Of a stretch of DNA of 44,800 bases, positions 37,372 through 44,800 are shown piece after piece. The notes under the pieces were generated by a model. That model had not been told where the DNA came from and made no database searches. It saw only the letters and a program-made list of their open reading frames with translations. This DNA comes from a bacterium (GTDB lineage Bacteria > Actinomycetota > Coriobacteriia > Coriobacteriales > Atopobiaceae). Positions within the stretch are counted from its first letter, which is position 1; each line of letters starts with the position of its first letter. A program made the position numbers and the translations under genes. The DNA lies in NCBI GenBank assembly GCA_963610995.1, contig CAVDQW010000187.1, positions 1-44,800 on the forward strand, given 5' to 3'.

Positions 37372-38520
37372 ATGAGCAAGAAGGAGTGCATTGCCATGCT
37401 CCTTGCCGGAGGGCAAGGCAGCAGGCTTGGTGCGCTGACGAGTAACGTAGCAAAGCCCGCGGTGTCGTTTGGTGGTAAGTTCCGCATCATCGACTTCGCG
37501 CTTTCCAACTGCGCAAACTCCAACGTTGACACCGTCGGCGTGCTCACCCAGTATCGTCCGTATCTGCTGCACAGCTACATCGGCACCGGCGAGGCGTGGA
37601 ACCTCGACGAGCGCGACGGCGGCGTCTCGATCCTGCCGCCGTACGCTACCCAGACCGGCGGCGCCTGGTACGAGGGAACCGCTGACGCCGTGACGCAGAA
37701 CATCGGCTACATCGAGCAGAACGATCCCGAGTACGTGCTTATCCTCTCGGGCGACCAGCTCTACCGCATGGACTATGCGGACATGCTCGCCACCCACAAG
37801 AAGAACAACGCCGACCTGACCATCGCGGTCATGCCGGTGCCTTGGGAGGAGGCGTCCCGCTTCGGCATCATCACCGCCGACGACGAGGGCCGCATCACCA
37901 AGTTCACCGAGAAGCCCAAGAAGCCCGATTCAAACCTGGCCTCCATGGGCATCTACATCTTCAGCACCGACCTGCTCCTCCAGACCCTGCGCGAGGACGC
38001 TGTCGACCAGCAGTCCGAGCACGACTTCGGCAACAACATCATCCCGAAGCTGCTCGGCGACGGTAAGCGCCTCTTCACCTACGAATTCACGGGCTTCTGG
38101 CGCGACGTAGGCACCATCTCCTCTTACCACGAGACGAGCATGGACCTGCTGGGGCCGAACCCCGCGTTCGACATCTTCGACGAGAACTTCCCCATCATGT
38201 CCAACGCCTCCACCCGTCCGCCCTCGTTCGTGGGCCGCAACGGCGAGGTCGAGGACTGCCTCGTCTCCAACGGCTGCACCATCCTCGGCAAGGCCAAGCA
38301 CTCCATCCTCTCGACCGACGCCTACATCGGCGAGCGCGCCACCGTTGAGGATTCCGTGCTGCTGCCCGGCGCCGTGGTCAAGGACGGCGCCCACGTGGTC
38401 CGCGCCATTCTCGGCGAGAACTCCGTGGTTGAGGAGAACGTGAGCCTCGGCTCCGTCGACGCGACGAAGGACACTGCCGTCATCGGCAACGACGTCGTTG
38501 TCGGGAAGGGGGAGAACTAA
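37372..38520 (+). CDS. glgC: Glucose-1-phosphate adenylyltransferase
   Basis: [43 protein letters not shown]. Confidence 0.96.
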   Translation: MSKKECIAMLLAGGQGSRLGALTSNVAKPAVSFGGKFRIIDFALSNCANSNVDTVGVLTQYRPYLLHSYIGTGEAWNLDERDGGVSILPPYATQTGGAWYEGTADAVTQNIGYIEQNDPEYVLILSGDQLYRMDYADMLATHKKNNADLTIAVMPVPWEEASRFGIITADDEGRITKFTEKPKKPDSNLASMGIYIFSTDLLLQTLREDAVDQQSEHDFGNNIIPKLLGDGKRLFTYEFTGFWRDVGTISSYHETSMDLLGPNPAFDIFDENFPIMSNASTRPPSFVGRNGEVEDCLVSNGCTILGKAKHSILSTDAYIGERATVEDSVLLPGAVVKDGAHVVRAILGENSVVEENVSLGSVDATKDTAVIGNDVVVGKGEN

Positions 38521-38522
38521 TC

Positions 38523-39617
38523 ATGCAAAAGGTCATTGGCCTCATCACCTGCAACTACTCCGCCAAGGCCACCGGCCCCCTTAGCGAGTACCGCCCCATC
38601 GCGTCCATGCCGTTCCTCGGCCGTTACCGCCTGGTCGACTTCCCGCTGTCCAACATGGTCAACGCCGGCATCCGCACCGTGGGCATGATCATGCCGTACA
38701 ACTACCGTTCCATCATCGACCACGTCGAGTCCGGTAAGGACTGGGGCCTGGATCGCAAGAACGGCGGCCTGTTCATCCTGCCCGGCAGCGCCTTCGGCAC
38801 CTCCCGCACCGGCGCGCGCTTCCTGCTGCGCGACCTCGTGCACAACAAGGTCTTCTTCAACCGCTCGAAGGCCGACTACGTCGTCTTTTCGTCGGCGAAC
38901 ATCGTGTACAACATCGACCTCGAGGAAATGGTCGAGGCGCACAAGGCTTCCGGCTCGGACATCACCGTTCTGACCGCCACCGCCCCGCGCGTGAACGACG
39001 ACGTCGTGGGCTTCAACGTCGAGGGCGGCCGCGTGCAGTCCGTCCACAACGGCGTCAAGTTCGGCGACACCGAGTTCCTGGACTGCTTCATCATCAGCCG
39101 CTCGCTGCTGCTCGACATGTTCGATTGGTACGCGCCCACCGACTACCTTGACCTCTTCGAGGCCATGGCCGGCGACTTCGGCCGCGTGAACGTCCAGACC
39201 TACAACTTCGACGGCTACGTCGCTCCTGTCTTCAACAAGAAGGAGTACTTCGAGTCCAACATGGACTTCCTGGACCCCAAGGTCTCCGCCGAGGTCTTCC
39301 CGGTCGACCGCTTCATCAAGACCAAGGCCCACGACACGCCGCCCGCCAAGTTCGAGATCGGCTCGCGCGTCACCAACTCCCGCGTTTCTTCCGGTAGCCG
39401 TATCTACGGCGCCGTCAGCGACTCCATCCTGGGCCGCGGCGTCGTTGTCGAGGCCGGCGCCACCGTGCGCAACGCCATCATCATGCAGGGCTGCATCGTA
39501 AAGAGCGGCGCCCGTGTCGAGAACGCCATAGTCGACCGCGGCAACGTGGTCCCCGCAGGCACCGAGCTGCGCGGCACCCCCGATGACGTGCTCGTCAAAG
39601 AGAAGGCACGCGACTAG
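38523..39617 (+). CDS. glgD: Glucose-1-phosphate adenylyltransferase subunit GlgD
   Basis: RPIASMPFLGRYRLVDFPLSNMVNAGI, GKDWGLDRKNGGL; follows glgC. Confidence 0.93.
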   Translation: MQKVIGLITCNYSAKATGPLSEYRPIASMPFLGRYRLVDFPLSNMVNAGIRTVGMIMPYNYRSIIDHVESGKDWGLDRKNGGLFILPGSAFGTSRTGARFLLRDLVHNKVFFNRSKADYVVFSSANIVYNIDLEEMVEAHKASGSDITVLTATAPRVNDDVVGFNVEGGRVQSVHNGVKFGDTEFLDCFIISRSLLLDMFDWYAPTDYLDLFEAMAGDFGRVNVQTYNFDGYVAPVFNKKEYFESNMDFLDPKVSAEVFPVDRFIKTKAHDTPPAKFEIGSRVTNSRVSSGSRIYGAVSDSILGRGVVVEAGATVRNAIIMQGCIVKSGARVENAIVDRGNVVPAGTELRGTPDDVLVKEKARD

Positions 39618-39641
39618 CACCACATAGAAAGCGAACAGAAC

Positions 39642-41141
39642 ATGACTAACTCCGCCAAGCGCAGGAAGATCAGGGTGCTGTTCGCGGGCTCCGAGGCCGT
39701 CCCGTTCTCCAAGACGGGCGGCCTCGGAGATGTCGCGGGCTCGCTCCCCCGTGCCCTCAAGCACGCGGGCGCCCGCGCCGCCGTGATCACCCCGCTCTAT
39801 GCCACCATCCCGCAGGAATACAAGGACCGCATGAAGCACGTGGCCGATTTCTACGTGCCCCTTTCTTGGCGCTCCATTTACTGCGGCATCGAGAAGCTCA
39901 CCCTTCAGGGCCTTGATTTCTACTTCGTGGACAACAAGGACTACTTCGGTCGCGACGGCCTGTACGGCTACTTCGACGACGGCGAGCGCTACGCCTTCTT
40001 CTCCAAGGCAATTTGCGAGGCCATCGCGCGCGTCCCCGAGCTTGAGTGCGACGTGCTGCACTGCAATGACTGGCAGACGGCGCTTTGCCCCGTCTTCCTG
40101 CGCGAGTTCTATCGCGAGGTGCCGCAGTGCAACAACGTGAAGACCGTCTTCACCGTGCACAACGTCAAGTTCCAGGGCCAGTACGGCGATAAGGTCCTCG
40201 ACGAGATTCTGGGCCTGGCGCACATCCCCGCCGCCGCCGATCAGCTCCGCTGCGACAAGGACTCCATCAACTTCATGAAGGGCGCCCTGTGCTACACGGA
40301 CTGGATCACCACCGTGTCCCCGAGCTATGCCGCTGAGCTGCAGATGCCGTTCTACGGCGAGGGCATGGACGGCATTTTCCGCCGCCGCCAGAACATCCTT
40401 TCCGGCATCCTCAACGGCATCGACCAGACCATCTGGAACCCGTCCTCCGACTCCATGATCCCGGCGAACTACTCGCAGGGCGACATGGCCAACAAGGCCG
40501 AGTGCAAGCGCCTGCTGCAGGAGGAATGCGGCCTCAACCAGGACCCCACCCGTCCGCTCATCGTGTCCATCGGCCGCCTGACCGACCAGAAGGGCCTCGG
40601 CCTGGTGCGCTACTCGATGGATCACCTCATGTCCCGCGGCGTTCAGGTCGTCATCCTGGGCACGGGCGACCACGACCACGAGGAGGCCTTCAAGTACTTC
40701 CAGTCCAAGTACCCGGGCCAGATGTGCGCCAAGATCGCCTTTGACAACGCTCTTTCTCACCGCATGTACGCGGGCGGCGACATCCTTCTGATGCCGTCCG
40801 AGTTCGAGCCCTGCGGCCTCTCCCAGATGATCGCCATGCGCTACGGCACCCTGCCTGTGGTGCGCGAGACCGGCGGCCTGCGCGATTCCGTTGCCCCGTA
40901 CAACAAGTTCACCGGCGAGGGCACGGGTTTCTCGTTCGCCAACATGAACGCCGACGAGATGGCCGACACTTTGTTAGGGGCATGCGAACTCTTCTGGACC
41001 GACAAGGACGCCTGGAACAAGTTGGTGGATAATGCCATGAGCGCGGACTTCAGCTGGCGCCGCGCCGCGAACGATTACATGGACATTTACCACTGGCTCC
41101 ACCCGGAGATCATTCGGTATAACAAGAGGAGAGATAGGTAA
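39642..41141 (+). CDS. glgA: Glycogen synthase
   Basis: KTGGLGDV, HCNDWQT, TVHNVKFQG, MPSEFEPCGLSQ, ETGGLRDSV. Confidence 0.96.
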   Translation: MTNSAKRRKIRVLFAGSEAVPFSKTGGLGDVAGSLPRALKHAGARAAVITPLYATIPQEYKDRMKHVADFYVPLSWRSIYCGIEKLTLQGLDFYFVDNKDYFGRDGLYGYFDDGERYAFFSKAICEAIARVPELECDVLHCNDWQTALCPVFLREFYREVPQCNNVKTVFTVHNVKFQGQYGDKVLDEILGLAHIPAAADQLRCDKDSINFMKGALCYTDWITTVSPSYAAELQMPFYGEGMDGIFRRRQNILSGILNGIDQTIWNPSSDSMIPANYSQGDMANKAECKRLLQEECGLNQDPTRPLIVSIGRLTDQKGLGLVRYSMDHLMSRGVQVVILGTGDHDHEEAFKYFQSKYPGQMCAKIAFDNALSHRMYAGGDILLMPSEFEPCGLSQMIAMRYGTLPVVRETGGLRDSVAPYNKFTGEGTGFSFANMNADEMADTLLGACELFWTDKDAWNKLVDNAMSADFSWRRAANDYMDIYHWLHPEIIRYNKRRDR

Positions 41142-41144
41142 CCT

Positions 41145-44100
41145 TTGAGAGCACGTCACGTTACCTCAGAGAAGGAGTATAGAACTCCATTCGGCGCCGC
41201 CCAACTGGGCGGCGTCGTCACGCTTGGCATCGATATTTGGGACGACGACGTCACGTTCTGCACGCTGAGGGTGTGGACCGATGCCCACGGCGAGCAACTC
41301 ATCGAGATGCACGGCGAGGAACACAGCGATCACCTGCACTTCTCGGTGGACTACGAGCCCGCCGAGACGGGCGTCGTCTGGTACAGCTTCGACATCGAGG
41401 CTTCCGACGGCGCCGTTTGGCGTTACGGTGCGCGCCCCGGTTGGACGACCGGAGAGGGCGCCTTCGCCTACGGCGACCCGCCATCGTTTCAGCTCACTGT
41501 GTTCGAGCCGCGCGCGACGCAGCCCGACTGGTACAAGAACGGCATCGTCTACCAGATCTTCCCCGACCGCTTCAACCGCGGCGAGGGCTGGCGCGAGCTT
41601 GCCGAGAAGGCGCTTGAGGACCACCAGAACGGCCCCGAGCGTGTGCTCGTCGAGGACTGGGACACGCCTGTTACGTACAAGCGCAAGTCCGAGACCGACC
41701 TCGCCATCGCCCGCTGGGACTTCTACGGCGGCACGCTCGACGGCGTGCGGGAGAAGCTCGGCTATCTCAAGGGCCTGGGCGTGACGGTCATCTACCTCAA
41801 CCCGATCTTTGAGGCGCAGAGCAACCACCGTTACGACACGGCCGATTACCTGCGCATCGATCCCATGCTCGGCGACGAGAAGGCCTTCGGCCGCCTGTGC
41901 GACGAGGCCGCCGAGATGGGCATCTCCGTCATTCTGGACGGCGTGTGGAACCACTGCGGCCGCGACTCCAAGTACTTCAACCGCGACGAGTGCTACGACG
42001 AGCCGGGCGCCTGGCAGGCGTACAAGGACGGCGCGCAGAGCCCGTACGCCGACTGGTTCAGCTTCAACGACGACGATACGTACGCCGGCTGGTGGGGCAA
42101 CCAGGACATGCCGACGTTCCGTGCCGATAGCGAGGACTACCACGAGCTTATCTGCGGCAAGGACGGCGTGGTCCGCAAGTGGCTGCGCGCCGGCGCCGCC
42201 GGTTGGCGCATGGACGTGGCTGACGAGCTGACCGACGACTTCATCGCGCAGATCAAGGACGCCATCCTGGCCGAGAAGGAAGACGGCGTGCTCATCGGCG
42301 AGGTGTGGGAGGACGCGTCGAACAAGACCGCCTACGGGGTGCTGCGCCAGTACTTCGAGGGCAAGGAGCTCGACGGCGTTATGAACTACCCGCTGCGCAC
42401 GGGCCTGCTCGACTTCGTGTGCGGGCGCATCGGCGCGACCGAGCTGGCCGCCCGCCTAGAGCAGCTGCGCGAGAACTACCCACGCGACGCGTTCTGCAGC
42501 TGCCTCAACCTGCTGGGCAGCCACGACCGCGAACGTCTCTTCACCATGCTGGGCAACGCGCCCGACCCCGACTCCATGAGCGAGGCGGAGCGCGCGGCGT
42601 ATAAGCTGCCCGAGGGCCAGGCCGGCCTTGCCATGAGCCGCCTGTGGCTCACCGTGCTGCTGCAGATGACGCTGCCTGGCGTTCCGTGCGTGTATTACGG
42701 CGATGAGCTGGGCCTCGAGGGCCTTCGCGACCCCTTCAACCGCGGGACCTTCCCGTGGGGCGGCGGCCGCAAGGACTGCTTCAACATCGTGCGCAACTCC
42801 ATCGGCATCCGCAAGACGCTCCCGGTGCTCACCGACGGTGAGTTCGAGCCGTTCAGCAGCGGCGACGACGTCTTCGGCTTCTGGCGTCGCGGCGAGGACG
42901 GCAGCCAGGTCTGCGTGCTCGCCAACGCGAGCCTTTCCAACAGCCACACCGTGCGCGTGCCCATGGTCGACGAGGCCGTGAGCGACGTGGTGAGCGGCAT
43001 GGGGCCCAAGGTCGAGCACGGCCAGGCCGAGGTGTTCCTCTGGCCTCTCGGCACGGCGATCCTGCACTTCCACAAGGAGCAGCGCCTCCAGCAGCCGCTC
43101 GAGCGCGGCATGGGCGTTCTCTGCCACGTGACCTCGGTGCCCAACGGTGGCAAGCCCGGCACCATGGGCGCGCCGGCCAAGGCCTTCGTGGACTGGCTGG
43201 CCAAGGCCGGCGTGCGCCACTGGCAGGTGCTGCCCGTGACGCCGCCCGACAGCTTCGGCTCGCCGTATGCGGGCCTCGGCGCCTTCGCCGGCTCCACGGC
43301 GCTTCTCGAGAACGGCGAGGAGGCTACACTTGCCGCCCTCGACGGGTGCGAGAAGACCCACGAGTATCAGCGCTTCTTCGACAAGAACGAGTATTGGCTC
43401 ACGAGCTATGCGTGCTTCATGGCCATCAAGGACCTGCTCGGCCCCGTCGAGTGGCAGAAGTGGCCCGAGAAGTACCGTCGCTTCAACCCCGACCTGGCCA
43501 ACGGCCCACAGCTCAAGGACGGTGTTCAGAAGCACCTGCGCCTGCAGTTCGCCTTCGACCAGGAGTGGAGCGAGCTGCGCTCCTACGCCAACGAGCGCGG
43601 CATCAAGATCATCGGCGACATGCCCATGTACGTTTGCGGCGACTCCGCCGACACCTGGGCCGAGCCGGACATCTTCAACCTTGACGAGGACGGCTACGCG
43701 GCTGCCGCGGCCGGAGCCCCCGGCGACGCGTTCGCGCCCGAGGGCCAGCTGTGGGGCAACCCCACGTACAACTGGGACGTCCTGCGCGAGCAGGGCTACG
43801 GTTGGTGGCTGTGCCGCTTTAGCCGCGCCTTCGACGTGTACGACTACGTGCGCCTCGACCACTTCATCGGGTTCTCTTCGTATTACTCGATCCCCAAGGG
43901 CAAGAAGGCCTGCGAGGGCGAGTTCAACTTCGGCCCGGGCGCGGACCTCTTCCGCGCGGCGTACAAGCAGTTCGGGCCGTTGCGCTTTATTGCCGAGGAC
44001 CTGGGCGTCATTACGCCGGCGGTTCGCTCGCTCGTGGCCGAGACCGGCATCCCCGGCATGGACGTCATGCAATTCAGCGACGGCGACGTGCGCGAGGGCT

Positions 44101-44414
44101 ACGAGCCCAAGCCCGGCACCATCGTGTACGGCGGCACGCACGACAACCAGACCCTGCTCGGATGGGTCAAGTCGCGCTTCGGCGTAGAGGGCGACGAGGC
44201 CGCTGAGCTGGCTGACCGCCTTGCCCGCGACGTGCTGGCCACCGACGCCGACCTGGCCGTGCTGCAGCTGCAGGACGTGCTGGGCCTCGACGACGACGCC
44301 CGCATGAACGTCCCCGGCGTGGCAGGCGGAAACTGGAGTTGGCGCGCCGACGCCGACGATGTGGCCGCCGCAGCCGCTCACCTGGCCGATCTGGTGCGCG
44401 AAAGCGGACGCTAA
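41145..44414 (+). CDS. malQ: Fusion of GH13 amylopullulanase-like domain and GH77 4-alpha-glucanotransferase
   Basis: YQIFPDRF, GWRMDVADE, GEVWED, LLGSHD (GH13); GDMPMY, RLDHFIGF, IAEDLG, THDN, MNVPG (GH77); TTG start. Confidence 0.92.
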   Translation: MRARHVTSEKEYRTPFGAAQLGGVVTLGIDIWDDDVTFCTLRVWTDAHGEQLIEMHGEEHSDHLHFSVDYEPAETGVVWYSFDIEASDGAVWRYGARPGWTTGEGAFAYGDPPSFQLTVFEPRATQPDWYKNGIVYQIFPDRFNRGEGWRELAEKALEDHQNGPERVLVEDWDTPVTYKRKSETDLAIARWDFYGGTLDGVREKLGYLKGLGVTVIYLNPIFEAQSNHRYDTADYLRIDPMLGDEKAFGRLCDEAAEMGISVILDGVWNHCGRDSKYFNRDECYDEPGAWQAYKDGAQSPYADWFSFNDDDTYAGWWGNQDMPTFRADSEDYHELICGKDGVVRKWLRAGAAGWRMDVADELTDDFIAQIKDAILAEKEDGVLIGEVWEDASNKTAYGVLRQYFEGKELDGVMNYPLRTGLLDFVCGRIGATELAARLEQLRENYPRDAFCSCLNLLGSHDRERLFTMLGNAPDPDSMSEAERAAYKLPEGQAGLAMSRLWLTVLLQMTLPGVPCVYYGDELGLEGLRDPFNRGTFPWGGGRKDCFNIVRNSIGIRKTLPVLTDGEFEPFSSGDDVFGFWRRGEDGSQVCVLANASLSNSHTVRVPMVDEAVSDVVSGMGPKVEHGQAEVFLWPLGTAILHFHKEQRLQQPLERGMGVLCHVTSVPNGGKPGTMGAPAKAFVDWLAKAGVRHWQVLPVTPPDSFGSPYAGLGAFAGSTALLENGEEATLAALDGCEKTHEYQRFFDKNEYWLTSYACFMAIKDLLGPVEWQKWPEKYRRFNPDLANGPQLKDGVQKHLRLQFAFDQEWSELRSYANERGIKIIGDMPMYVCGDSADTWAEPDIFNLDEDGYAAAAAGAPGDAFAPEGQLWGNPTYNWDVLREQGYGWWLCRFSRAFDVYDYVRLDHFIGFSSYYSIPKGKKACEGEFNFGPGADLFRAAYKQFGPLRFIAEDLGVITPAVRSLVAETGIPGMDVMQFSDGDVREGYEPKPGTIVYGGTHDNQTLLGWVKSRFGVEGDEAAELADRLARDVLATDADLAVLQLQDVLGLDDDARMNVPGVAGGNWSWRADADDVAAAAAHLADLVRESGR

Positions 44415-44451
44415 GGGACGCTAGCCGACAACATCGGGCAATGAATCTTTC

Positions 44452-44506
44452 AAACCCCGGGCCATGGTCAAGTCGTCACCGATTCGACCATGGGCCCGAG
44501 GTTTTA
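44452..44506 (+). terminator. Imperfect long hairpin with T-tract after the glycogen operon
   Basis: AAACCCCGGGCCATGGTC...GACCATGGGCCCGAGGTTTT. Confidence 0.55.
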
Positions 44507-44639
44507 TTTGTGCGCCGCCTCGAGTGGCCCTGCGGGCGCCCGAAGCCGGCAGCGCCCTCATCGCCGCCACGGCGCTCTTCCTCAAGCGCACCTTCCGCCG
44601 CGAGGAGTAAACGGTAGCAACATATCCGCACGTAAAGGG

Positions 44640-44800
44640 CCTGCCATAGGTGACAGTCATTGGTGGCAGGTGCTTCGTATTCGGTCTGCGGCGCCCGTAA
44701 TTGGTGACGGTCACTACGTGCACATCGGCGGCGACGTTGAGTCACCGGCTTCATGGGTCGGCGACGTGCTCGTTAGTCAACCTTGCATGCACGTAGAAAC
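44640..44800. repeat. GGTGAC-core cluster: short hairpin (44640-44672) and type-A unit from 44703, cut by the window edge
   Basis: Aligns without gaps to 68-165. Confidence 0.85.

Noticed and set aside
34846..37797. Long antisense ORFs (also 20190-23054, 38517-40760, 42456-44381, 246-1217, 3025-4797)
   Set aside because: Shadows of strongly GC3-biased genes on the opposite strand; no recognisable motifs.

Overview
High-GC bacterial chromosome segment, most consistent with Coriobacteriia (Atopobiaceae-like gut anaerobe; inferred from gene content and style, not proven). Core blocks: methionine uptake and synthesis (metNIQ divergent from metA; metY later), dnaX-ybaB-recR, tRNA-Asp, a HAD hydrolase, a mutY-like gene, and a full glycogen operon (glgB-glgP-glgC-glgD-glgA plus a GH13/malQ fusion). 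An accessory stretch (~4.3-23.3 kb) holds an HTH + Ser/Thr kinase pair, an AAA/DUF4143-type ATPase, a lipoprotein + three zinc-ribbon proteins + SPFH-GYF_2 operon, a Schlafen/AlbA_2-GHKL gene bracketed by 124-bp direct repeats, an oxidoreductase, an MFS transporter, and a sortase-anchored surface protein cut off from its signal peptide by a C7 frameshift. Intergenic DNA carries at least five families of palindromic repeats, several with conserved length but variable interiors. No transposase, integrase or cas gene is visible. All family assignments come from motif recognition by eye; no searches were run.
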